Source: Bugula neritina
Taxonomy: Eukaryota > Animalia > Bryozoa
NCBI GenBank assembly: GCA_964035545.1
Contig: OZ037765.1
Coordinates: forward strand, 22,815,504 to 22,879,503
Length of the DNA stretch: 64,000 nucleotides
Direction: 5' to 3'
Shown here: piece after piece, positions 1-21,272 of the stretch
Numbering within the stretch: position 1 is the first letter of the stretch
Layout: the number at the start of each line of letters is the position of its first letter
Position numbers and translations under genes: made by a program
The notes under the pieces: generated by a model
Seen by the model: only the letters and a program-made list of their open reading frames with translations
Databases searched by the model: none
What the model was told of the DNA's origin: nothing

Positions 1-1546
1 CCCGTTTATCCATTATCAGTTCACGGGCATCGTGCTTCAAGCCTCGGACATCTCCTTGCCTCAAGAACTTGGTGACATAGGCTACGGTGGTGGTGTGATA
101 TCTGGAGACTAAACACACACAGGATCACATTAAGAGTAGAAGATCATAATCCACTTGTGTACTGCATCACATGATGCGCCTTAGTAATTCAACTCCATCA
201 ACACAAGTAATGTACAGTACATATAGAGCATGTTGACTGTCTACTCATTTGCTATAAGCAATGTAAGCGTACTTGTTAAATAAATACAGCATCTAAATTT
301 GAAAATTCAAGTAAAATATATGCAAATATGGATATTCGCACTAAACAGCATTATATAAAAATTTCGTTTACCACTATCTTAATCATGCCTAGGCTTGAGT
401 TGTAAAATATTTACCAAGTATGTTAATTATACTATCTTTGCAAACTAGAAGCATAATTGTATCATTGTCAAATTCTACTTATGACCAAGGTTACCTGACA
501 TCTCTATTCAAACAGAATCCTCAGAACCCTGCATTCATAATTATAATTGTCTTTTATAAGAAAACATTTAATAAATTGAGTTTGGAAAATAGAACTTGGT
601 ATTCATAGTGACTACGAACCTTTATCGTGAAAGGACTCTATGCGCCCCACAAAACCATCATCAGAGGTTTGGTGAATTTCTTTTATAAACACAAAGTCAC
701 CAATAGAATACTTGTCTTTACCAACATGACATGACCTGTAATTTACAAAAATCATCAGAAATGCAAACAAAATTATTTGTAGCATATATAAAAGTATAAA
801 TTCAATCAATTTTATTTAAATTATGTAAATGAAGTTACAACACTTGAACTATTTAAAAAAAAGTAATGCCACTAATGCTAATGGTAGTACTAGTAACTAG
901 TAGCAGAAAACAAAAAAATGAACTAAGACTCTAAGTTAAGTATGTTATGAACCAGCATAACATTAAACATTCATTCAATACAGTATACACTCGCCCTGAA
1001 TATGCATATAAAAAAATTACATAATCACTAAATTGATTTTATTTGTTACTACTATAGATCTACTCAAACTCAATGCTACTATAAAATTAAATATAGTATA
1101 GTAGCATTGAGTTCGAGTAGATAAAATATAGTAAATTATGTTGATAGATAAATTATTATAAATAATAATATAAATAAATATAATGATAATTTGTAATGTG
1201 CATATACCATTACATAATTGATATAGAATAGTAAATAAACTTAGAGTTAAACTTAAAGTATCACTATCCCGTATCCGTCAAACTGAAACTCAAACTCAAA
1301 GTTAATGTGAATGTAATTCACTTAATCATTCACTTTCACTTTCAGTGTGAATATGGGTCTAACTATTAGAGTAGTACCGTACATATAAGTTTTCGTATAG
1401 TAAAATACTTATTATTATTATAAGACTAAGACTAAGAGTATGTCTTACCGAAAAAAATTGGTTGAACTTGAAGGTTCAGAGTCAGAATGAGAATGACCGT
1501 GGACTTGGAGTGGTCGTTGAGTTTGAGACTCAAATTGACTTGCCAT
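1..1546 (-). CDS. ORC1: BAH-domain protein, probable origin recognition complex subunit 1 (5' part; continues beyond window start)
   Basis: Exons 1546-1449 (ATG, donor GTAAG), 735-620, 108-<1 join in frame: MASQFESQ...FFRSCHVGKDKYSIGDFVFIKEIHQTSDDGFVGRIESFHDKVSRYHTTTVAYVTKFLRQ...RELIMD, a BAH-domain pattern (IGDFVFI...FVGRI...REL). E2F site upstream and head-to-head with PRPF38A, as for human ORC1. The AAA+ domain is outside the window. Confidence 0.7.
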
Positions 1547-1719
1547 TGGAACTAGGTTCTTTAGTTATGATTTTATTATAAGTTTTAGTTTAGTATTGTC
1601 TACAAAATTGCAAAACCCATTATACCAACGATTGTTTTTATCTGAAAATACTGAATTAGTATTGCTATTAAACTCGGTTTCAATGAAATGAAAATAGATT
1701 CTTGTAATTATAATAACGT

Positions 1720-1808
1720 CTCCCGCCACTAACCACGTGATAATCACGTGTTATAAACTAAATCTTTGATTCGAGAGACAAAACTATAACTTGCTTCACA
1801 TTGACGTC
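1720..1808. promoter_or_regulatory. Bidirectional promoter elements: E2F site, paired E-boxes, CRE-like site
   Basis: TGGCGGGAG on - strand (1720-1728), CACGTG at 1734-1739 and 1745-1750 within a palindromic arrangement, TGACGTC at 1802-1808, between divergent start codons at 1546 and 2038. Confidence 0.55.
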
Positions 1809-2037
1809 TCTTTGTTAAAAATCATCACCATATATGAACTTGCTGTAAACAAATTCTATTTCTCAACTTCTGTTGAACGGTTTATAAAATTACACTGTAC
1901 CTGTGTACCATTTATGCAGTTGCAGTGAGTGTGACTCTCAGTCAGTGAAAGTGGTTTGATCAGCACGAGTTCATGTTTCTTCACCTTTGAAATTATAGCT
2001 TTTATGTTTTTCCAATAAGCTTTCATAGGCACAATAA

Positions 2038-5000
2038 ATGGCCAACCGAACAGTCAAGGATGCCCACACAATTAAAGGAACAAATCCACAATATTTAATA
2101 GAAAAAATAATACGAACCAGAATCTACGAATCTAAATTTTGGAAAGAACAATGCTTTGCGCTATCTGGTGAGTTTAACCAAATTTAACTAATGGCTAACA
2201 GCAGAAGCGATGACTACCGCAGTCAGCAGTATTGTCATTGGCACCAAAGTCTAAAAAGCCTGACCATGAAACGATAGCCAATTATCAATAGACAATAACT
2301 ATAAGTATAAGACTTAAGTATAACTAGAAGTAGAAGACTAGAAATATTATATTTAGTATAACTATAACTCATACTCATAGTCATACTCACAGTGCTGCTG
2401 ATAATGATATTGTCACTCACACTGTCAGTGATAACTGATAGTGATAGTGAGACGGACGTCATAGTCTAATAATAGTCATAGTGATAGTCTGATATTCATA
2501 CTAATACTAATAGTAATACTATAGTAATAGTAATACTAATAGCGATTAAGTTAAGGTACTGAGACCGTACTGGTAGTGATGATATTGGCAATGGCACTCA
2601 CATCAAAATAGCAGTAGAACTGCATGCTACTGCATATAATTATAAGCATAAATTCAAATTGTTTATTTAATTTTCATTTATTGATAAATTTTAACTTTTA
2701 AGTATACTGTAACTTTAGTATAACTATTACTATTAGTATAAGGTAGCATAATTATAATGATGATAAATTTAAATTGATATAATTTTAAATTTATAATTGA
2801 AAATTATACTTAGTCTTACTCTTAGGGGTACACTCACAGTAGTCGTAGAAGCAAATATTATAATTATATATAAATTGATTATGTAAATTATAACAATTGA
2901 GTACTATTAAATTTGCAAAGGTTCATTTTCATTTTGCATACCAATAACTGAATAAGAAGCTTTTTCTGATGGAGGTTCCATTTTTGCCTCATAGGAGCCA
3001 GAGGAAATTACTCTTGTGGCGACATCAGATCTAGATACCTAATTACTAATAAATGTGAAAATTATATCTATGATTCTAATATTATTCATTTTAGTTTATT
3101 ATTATGACCTTGCAATTTATTATTATGATTAAAATTCAGATATTGATTATTGTTATTCTAATATTTGTTATGATATCAATTAGCCATATATAATTTTAAA
3201 TGTTTAATGAAAAGATTCTAAATGATAATATCATAAATTTTAAAGCATATTTTGGCAAATTTAGCTGTCATTAGTAGTTCTTAAAAGTAATGATGATGTT
3301 ACTTCCAATAAAGTGTATAATATACACTACATAGCTTGGCTGATAAAAATGTTTTATAAAAAAATGTTGTATATTTTATATATTAATAAATATATAGGCA
3401 GGTAGGTGTGTGCCATATTTTATCTCATCATCAGTTATATTAAATAAAAGTTGGGGTTTTAGTTTCTATTATATATTAGTTTTGTTTTGGTAAGTTCCTT
3501 ACTATTTAGCAACTTTTGTATAGTTTATTATAGGTTTTTATACATGAATCCATATGATGTAGTGCCTTAGAGGCTGATGAATGAAATAAATATTTGTTGT
3601 AGCTGAGCTGTTAGTTGATAAAGCTATGGAGTTGCGGTATGTTGGTGGACACTTTGGTGGCAATGTTAAGCCAACCCCATTTCTCTGCCTCATTCTGAAG
3701 ATGTTGCAAATTCAACCTGACAAGGACATAATTATTGAGTTTATAAAGAACGATCACAAGTAAGTTGTCAGCTTTGAATTTGGATTTTATTTTAATGAGT
3801 GTTTGAATCTTTTGGTGAATCTTTTTTACCTTGTTCTAGGTATGTCCGGGCATTGGGTGCATTCTACATGCGTATGACAGGCTCCTCTCTGGATTGCTAC
3901 AAATATCTTGAGCCTCTACTCAATGATTACAGAAAAGTCCGTTTCCAAAATAAAATGGGAGGTAAAAAGCATAGGCTCCATAAAATATAGAGCTGTGAAG
4001 TTTGTGTTTTATTCTTTTCAAGTTTATTCATTTATAAGTTTTACTTTCTGTGCGCTATTTCAGAGTTCGAGTTACTTAAAATGGATGAATTTATTGACTC
4101 TTTACTGCAAGAAGACAGAGTCTGTGATTGCATACTACCAAGAATTCAGAAGAGGCTGATTTTGGAAGAAAATAACGAACTTGATCCCCGTATAAGTGCA
4201 CTAGATGACGATATGGATGACATTGAAAGTTCAGATGAAGAAGGAGAAGTTAGGGTAAGCGTTGTAGATTGATGAGAAAACTTATTTTTAGTTGGGTACC
4301 AAAAGAAATCACAAATTGTAGGTACGTTGTTTTAAATTAAAACATTTTTTTTCAACAAGATTGTATTTGCTACCAACAGAGCTTGATTTTAGACATTGTA
4401 AAAGGCTACAGAAAGAGCTGTTATTTTTTTTCAGAGAATGGTTTTTTGTACCCAGGTTGTAATTAAAATACCGTCCATATTGTGCAGTTTTACTTAATAG
4501 TCTTATCAGTAGGTTACTTTATTTCCGATATAATTTTATATTCTTTAGGAAATGGCACGGGAGAAGGAGAGTCCACATAAAAGATCCCCCACTAGAAGGC
4601 GTAGTAGATCTCCTGTAGCAAACAGGCGTAGATCTCGGGAGAGACATGATAGAGACCGAGATAGACATAGAAGGAGTCGCTCGAGAGATCGGGATAGAAA
4701 ACGACCTAGATCTAGGTCACCTAGACGCTCAGATCGTTCAAGGTTTGTGAAATTATATGTACATCTGTTTAGAATATTGCATAAACCAACAGCTCTATGT
4801 TAATGTCATCTTGCAATTATAAACATTCCAATTCATGGCAAGTAAAGCTATATTTAGCAAATTTACCTAAGGAGAATTCTGCATTCTTAATGTTGTCAGA
4901 CCGGCTATCAACACCAACCATGATAACTTTGATAATGCCTTGGCAAAATTGCACCAAGTCAACCCCAATGTTGGAGTTGCTTCAACAGTGAGCAACTTAA

Positions 5001-5657
5001 TTTCTGGGTCTCTAATAGTTTTCAAAATGAGTAGTAGCACAATCCCATATCATGAGCAGAAATCAGTGTAATGAAATGAGCCTATTTCAAATGTCAAACT
5101 TCTTATTTACACAAAATTCGCTTCAGTTCAAGTTAGAACAACTCTCAAGTATACAGTAGTCTACCTAATGTATACACAGATGGATGAAAACTACAAATTT
5201 CTTTTAATATTATGAAAACATGCAATGAGTTAGGATTATAAAATGTAGGGGCTTATAAACTGCTTTCAAGTGCCAAGAGTAGACTGTCGAAGTTTAGCCT
5301 TTCAATGCATAAAAAGCTGCTAGCAAAAACATGATCAATTTATAAGATTCTCCTATTGAATTTTATAATTTTTTCACATTGGTCATTTGGTGCAATTAAA
5401 TATTGCAGATGGATTACTTTTTTTCTAACTAGGTACAGCGTTTTTAAAATCTAGATCATAATAGAAATATTTTTCTTTAACAAGCATAATTTATCTTGCC
5501 TATCCAAACATTCATCAAATATTAAATTTGATGTTTCAGCAGACGGCACAGGTCAAGGTCAAGAGACAGAGGAGGTGCGGCTAGCAAAGATCAACTAGAC
5601 ATCAAAGAAGCAAACGCACTTAGGGCTAAACTTGGCCTTGCACCATTGAGGCCATGA
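2038..5657 (+). CDS. PRPF38A: Pre-mRNA-splicing factor 38A (Prp38) with RS domain and C-terminal HIND-like motif, ~303 aa
   Basis: Exons 2038-2167, 3603-3759, 3840-3961, 4064-4254, 4549-4742, 5540-5657 give MANRTVKDAHTIKGTNPQYLIEKIIRTRIYESKFWKEQCF...KPTPFLCLILKMLQIQP...YVRALGAFYMR...MDEFIDSLL, diagnostic of Prp38A, then an RS-rich region. Confidence 0.96.
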
Positions 5658-5801
5658 TTAATTCTATTTTGCTCTTGTATATATTATGCTGCATATTTAG
5701 CTTGTAAATACTACTAACTAATAAATGAAATACGATCTTCAAATAAATAAATCAGCAAATGATTTTTAGTATTTTTTATTAATTTTCAGGAGGATACAAA
5801 A

Positions 5802-7295
5802 CTATTTCTTAGATTTCAGGATCTTGTTAGCTTTTCCATACAATTGGCTCTGCATTCCCCTTCTGGCTTGTTTAGCCTTCATTAGTTTGAATCTGAAATA
5901 CACAGGCCGGAAAATATATTATTCAGTACTCAAGCAAAAAAATTCATAAAATAACCTAAATAATTGCATTATACAAATTTGATAATTTAGATTTGTAGAA
6001 TAAGATACAAAATGTTTAATCAACCTAAAGCTTAACTTGTAGTCACTATTCTATGTTAATTCCAAAAAAAACTCTTTAGTTTACCAAGCTTTTAAAACTT
6101 GCCTGTCAAAATCACTCATGACAGCTCTTGCAGCCATAGCTTCCTGTCTTTTAGCCCAACTGCTTTCAGCCCACTTTGATGTAATATCAGCTTTATTCCA
6201 GGCTTTGGTGACTGTGCCAGTTCTTGCTCCAGGGCCAACTTTGACTACATATTTTGTCAATTGAAGAGCTTTAAAGTTGGCAACATGTCTTGCGACACCA
6301 CTGCATGGACCATCAACTAGAGCTCTGCAATTACAAAGGGCAATGTACAAAAATTATTTCATTGTCCCTTTAGATACAAATTGGTTAAAATTTACTGAGT
6401 AAACCGATTTCAACAATGTCAGTTTAGATAAGCTGTACTAAAAGTACCTTGTTATTTGACAAATACTAAAATTTTAACAAAACACGTCCTTGTACCAATC
6501 AAACGTTGGTTGACAGAAAGCTTCATTGATTGAGATCTTTTAAATGTACCTTTAATAGGGTAGTTAATAGCTCAACTCAAAAACATTAAGTCTAATAATT
6601 TTATAGCTATTTCACTGCTAGTATCGGACTATTTTTGCACACTTTTACAAGATATACATGAATTCGCAGTGGGGTTTACACAAACACTTGTCAATTCCCT
6701 TCTATTAAAATATCAAGAAACTATCAGCATTCAATCCTAAAAGTAATATTAATATAAATATTTATATTATGAGGCATTAATTTTAAATGATTAAATCTTA
6801 ATCATGACGCTTAGGGCTAGAATTTTAGAAATTTAGCACTTATAGTTCACACATAGTCCCTTAGAGTTAGTGCATATTCATACTGACAGGATGAGTGATA
6901 GTGATACCCATCCTCACATCCTGTCAGACTCAGTGTCTGGGCATTGTGCCTATAGCTATAACTACAAGTATAAAGTATATCACCTACACACACGATACAA
7001 ATTTTATTAGTATTGCTACTAGCAGTAGAATCATAGCCGGATGCAAAACACTACTATCAAAATGAGTATGGCAGTGACTAACATTTATATTTACTTTTAG
7101 TAATAAAAAGTTAGCAATCGTCATCGTAATAGTAATTCTAGTCAACAATTTGAGTTACAATTGGTGCTAATAAAAGAAATATATACGATACCTGTTTTGA
7201 TCTAGAACATCTACAATCACAGCCAATTTTCCCTTGCTTGGTCCTGCTGATACAAATGCCACACGGCCTATTTCTACAAACTTTTCATAGCCCAT
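5802..7295 (-). CDS. RPL14: 60S ribosomal protein L14 (eL14), 138 aa
   Basis: Exons 7295-7192, 6324-6103, 5892-5802: [15 protein letters not shown]...[20 protein letters not shown]...WAESSWAK...[14 protein letters not shown]. Second intron is GC-AG. Confidence 0.96.
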
Positions 7296-7338
7296 TTTGC
7301 TATGGTTGAATATGAACCACCGTTATCCTAGCGTGTTC

Positions 7339-7355
7339 AAAAAGAAAAGAAGGAG
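7339..7355 (-). promoter_or_regulatory. Polypyrimidine initiator / 5'TOP tract of RPL14
   Basis: CTCCTTCTTTTCTTTTT on - strand ~45-60 nt upstream of the RPL14 ATG, the typical TCT/TOP start of ribosomal protein genes. Confidence 0.7.
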
Positions 7356-7647
7356 CATGCGTATTAAAAGTATTTCTGGTATCCGGTTTGCGTCGGTGTG
7401 GTAATACAACTCTAAAGGTAGTTGCTCCAAACTTGATACCTCTGCAGGTTTTACTAAAATTGTTTTAATATGAAATAATAGTATAAAATAAAAAAATATA
7501 GTAGTGTGAGTTTCATTTTAGTGCTTTGGCTCACATGGACTGCCCAAAAGCTGTTTAAGATTGCAAGCCCAGTCATGAAAAGTAAGGTATTGCAATATTA
7601 TAGTTTTGGTACTACTTGTTACAATATAAATAGATTAAGTTAGTAAG

Positions 7648-7710
7648 TTATTTAATGTATATGGCATATAACTCATGCTGTATGGGTTATATGCCATATA
7701 CATTAAATAA
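7648..7710. repeat. Near-perfect 29-bp-stem inverted repeat
   Basis: TTATTTAATGTATATGGCATATAACTCAT / GCTGT loop / ATGGGTTATATGCCATATACATTAAATAA (28/29 complementary). Confidence 0.85.
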
Positions 7711-8707
7711 TACAATAGTCAAATGCTGCATTAATTGCTGTGAAATAATATTCATAGCATGAATAATTGTAGCTCTTCTTTTCTCAAATATAGCTCCTAT
7801 ATAATATATACTGCCATACGTCTACTATAGCTTTTTGCAGTTTAATTAAGATAGATTCTTTGAAATAAATCAAGTATCATGAAGACTTTTTGATAAATTG
7901 TGTAATTTTATTTTGTTATAAATTGATCATTTCTATTGAAAATAATTACTATCAGTTGCATAAATATCAAACAATTCTTAGAGCACTTACAAAAAAAGAC
8001 TAAAAATAGGAGGCAAATTTTGGTGGATCGTGTAGGCTGTAGTCTATTTATAGCTATTAGCAATGCCAAACTTTTCCAACCAAAGCTAGGTTGTGTCTTC
8101 ACTACACCACCAGTGCAACAAGAGTGCTAAAATCAGATGTGTTAAAAGCTTATTCTCGGTTGCAATTACACTTCGCATTCAAATTACTTAAATTGGCTTA
8201 AGAAACATATATATGCCAAGCTGTACTCTTTACTGTTTTATAAAATACTAGCAATTCTAATCAACAATACATCTGACCCTGTCACTAAAAGTATTTTAAC
8301 AACATAATGCATGTGGGAAAATAAAATGAGAAAATGATCATCTTTATAAAATTAGGTTTAAGGATTGATGGCTTGATTATAAAGTATTTTTATGGTAATT
8401 TAAATTGGCTCCTGGCCTGATTTGATGAAATGTTATTGGATGAAATCCTAATGGGGGATGAGTTACTAATTAAATCTAAACCCAAAAAGCATTGAAGAAA
8501 TGTATGTTATTTAGAAAAATACATTTGCAATTTTACTAACATTTTTTCAGCAATTTTACTATTTATTTGTTACATTTGTAAAGAGTTGATAGTTTCATTT
8601 TTTATAGTATACCTTTTCTTTTAAAATTTATTTGTTAATACTATACTACTAGCATAGGTTGTGGTGTCATATCATGTACATGGTATAGCTGCAAATAGAT
8701 GTTATAC

Positions 8708-9016
8708 CAGGGATGTCCAACCTTTTTGGAGCGAAAGCTATTAAAATGGAATATTGTAAACTTTAGCTAGAGCTTGGGGTCATGGCATCAGTATTTGTCA
8801 AATTACTTTATTCCAAATTCCTATGAAGTCTCAATTATAATTACTGCAGACTGCATTGTTTTTAGCATGTATATATAAATATGACATTTAAAAGGTGGTT
8901 TTTCCACTCTAATATATGTATGCTAAATAATTTTATTTTTTAGACTTTTGAGGGCCACATAAATGTAAGCTGGGGCCCCCTCTCTCAATCTGGCTCTTGG
9001 GCTCACTTGTTGGACT
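8708..9016. mobile_element. Degenerate hAT-like non-autonomous element
   Basis: Begins CAGGGATGTCCAACC, ends ...TTGTTGGAC, with internal GGGCC motifs typical of hAT MITE ends; no TSD resolved. Confidence 0.4.
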
Positions 9017-11706
9017 AAAATAATATTTACATCAGCCAATGTTAAAGGAAAGGATTCTTCCAAAGTGAAAATGGTTATTTACTTAGAACCCAGAAGGCTG
9101 CTGAAACATTATGCCGCATGATTCCTATGATTTCCATTAAACATCTATTAGCCTATTAGCCTTTAGGTAACTAGAAATAAATAATACTACTTTAACACTC
9201 TCTGTTAAAGGTAAGGACTTAAGTTTATATTACAATGGCTGAATAGGATTATCAAATGTAAATGCTAATGCTACCTTTGTATTTGCCCTCATTGCTCAAA
9301 CATTGCCTTGTCTAGGCTCTAAGCTGTGATTTAAATGTTTATGTAATTCAATTGGTAGTTGATTGCTTGTGATAAAAGAATAGTATAATGCACATGTGCT
9401 AATCAAACACTTATAAACTTTTGCATCAGCAACTAAAAACAGTTAGCTGCATTTATATCATCAGCACTGTATAACTAACAGCTCTTAAACAACTTTTATA
9501 CAAACCTATACTGTTGGATTATAATATTGCATTTCCCATTACCTTTCATATGAAGTTATTGTAAGTATAATAAAATTATTGTTTTAAACTTCATTATAAG
9601 TTTAGGATTCATATTTTGAAATATTCTTGTGCATTTTTAATTTACAGTGTTCTAAGAATACGACTTAAGTTTGGTATTGGAGATACTGTATTTAATATTT
9701 ATTAAAGCACATATAAAATTCAAGCTGTTTGCTCCTTCTCCATAATAAGATTTACATTATAGGTGTGAATGTCCATTAGTCAATATATTTTGAGGTATTC
9801 AATAGCAGCATAAGCTATTTGTACTCAACACTATACAATGGCTCAGAATTTGGATTATAAAAAGTAATTGTTATGTTATTTGGATACCACACAGCTTTGC
9901 AGCCGTTAGTTATCTCTGATTTGTCAGACAATGTTCAACTTACACCTGCTGGCAGCCGTACAGAAGTTTTTGTAAAACAAAACATTGAACTATTAAGTAG
10001 TTTTATTATTACAATCATCTTAATTTTTTCAAATAGAACAAACTAGTGGAGGATTATTTGCAGTGAAAACTCAAGATACAAAAATGTAAGTTATGTCAGA
10101 ATATATAAGAATAAGCAGTAAAATCTGTTAGCTCTATAGTATAGTTGAAATAGCCTGAGGGCCAAGGCATAAATTAAAAGTTAAACAAATGGTTAATCAT
10201 TGTATATGTAGTATAAAAGGTTTTAATGTTAGCGGTACATGCCGCAATGGCATTGCATAGTTTAAGTGTGATTTTATAATTTCAAGCTTCAAGGTTGAAG
10301 GTTTTAGCAGGGTGGGAGGTTTGCTTCACACATATATTATTCATAAATATAGAAAAAGTAATATAAAAGCTATTATAAAAATTATATTTGTTCACTTATT
10401 GCTTTAAAATGGTAGTATGTACTGCTTTGGAGAACATTTAAGATAGTCAAAATAAGGTAAATCTATATTTAAGAATAAAATTAAACTGGTTCCAATTTTT
10501 GACATCAATATTTCATAAAATGAGCGGCTAAATCTGAGCTAGCTCTAATATTTACCAATAAGCACAAGCAAAGAAACTAATTTAAAATTCTACCAATATT
10601 GGAAAACTTATTTTCTGGTAGTGTTAATATATATTGAAAAATTGATTGCTTGCAAACTATATGCACAAGTGTATGTAATTGATGTCATTGCAACTTATGA
10701 AAAACAATAATCTTTAGTTTTCAATTATTCTAGCATATAAAACTCTCAGTGAGGCTGTCACACTGTTGCTGGCTTTACTAGTTTGGACGTAGATATGCTA
10801 CATGACTATTGCATTATAATGGAGTCTTGAATATCATTTCATTGTTTTGTTGGTTGACACAACTGTCTAATGACACGGGTTTGTGTAAGCTGCTCTACTC
10901 GAGTTTCTTCTGACTTGGAATTTTATGATTTGATCATTAAAACGGTGGCAGCTTTATTCATTTGTCAGTGACATTTCAAAATGGAGACAAACTCTACATT
11001 ATTTCCTGACATACACAAGAATACTATATTTTCAGAAGAAAAGGTAAACACTTAGCGCACAGCTAATTATCATTGAAGGTTGCAATTAAACTATGACTAT
11101 CTATGCATTGGATTTTTTTTAAAACTGCTTTTATAAAATCTTAATAGAATAGATTAATATTTGTATTGTATTCTTGTATGAAAGCGGTAGACAATACAAC
11201 AATAATATTAGCCTGCCACCATTCCTTCCAGCCCAAATAAAATGGAAGTTTTATGTTTTATGCTGTTGCCTGACACTACTCACAATTAACTGTCTTGTAT
11301 AATACTGTAAAATATACTCATAAACTCATTTTAAAATAATTGTTTTGGTACTTCGTTCAAGTTGAAATACTCAGGTGAGTAAAGAAATTTGTGCTGTGGT
11401 GTATTAATTACATGAGGCAGAAAGGGGCTGTATAAGTGTTACCATTAAGTAACAAGCTATCATTTAAAAGTTTATTGATATACTTGAAAAGTTTTAAATT
11501 TCACTATTTGATGTGTAATGAGATGGAGAGAGGAATAAAAGCATTCTGCAGGGAGAGAGGCATGTAATATCTAAAGTGACAAACTGACAGGATACTGATA
11601 CGCTGACTGTGTCAATTAGTTTCCATTTCAGCAAATGCTCAAACTGCGCACTCAACATTGTTTAGTGAATTGAGTAAAGTTGGTTGAAAAGTCAGTAATC
11701 TTGTAG

Positions 11707-20890
<9,184 letters not shown>

Positions 20891-21272
20891 GAGGAGGAAA
20901 TATGCCACATTTACTCTCAGCTTTTATGTATGACACATCTTTACCTGGTGAACACCACATAGTTCACCCCTTTTAAAAAATGAAACTGACTTATTCATGT
21001 GCATTACAACATACATATGTAAACATTATACCTCACACCTGGTTATAAAGCTAATTTTGTGATTAGTTTTCTTAAACGCCAATTGTTGATTAATAACATT
21101 TGAATGAAATAGAATTTCTTTATTACATGATTTATTTGTTTATAAGACATGTAAGTGATAAATTAGGTAATTAAAAATATAAAAGTAAATACTAGCAGTT
21201 GCATTGCTGCTGTAAGAGAAAATTGCAACAGATTTGGATTTATCCCACCAATCAGCAAAAGCAGTCACATGA

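Noticed and set aside
2235-2462. Ser/Thr-rich 75-aa ORF on - strand
   Set aside because: Translation of the periodic low-complexity tract in PRPF38A intron 1; no splice or homology support.
3290-3343. Possible box C/D snoRNA (ATGATGA...CTGA) in PRPF38A intron 1
   Set aside because: Only ~54 nt, no terminal stem and no recognisable guide; expected by chance in AT-rich DNA.
11438-11453. RFX X-box-like GTTACCATTAAGTAAC upstream of the CDKL gene
   Set aside because: Spacing is longer than the canonical X-box; cannot be supported without conservation data.
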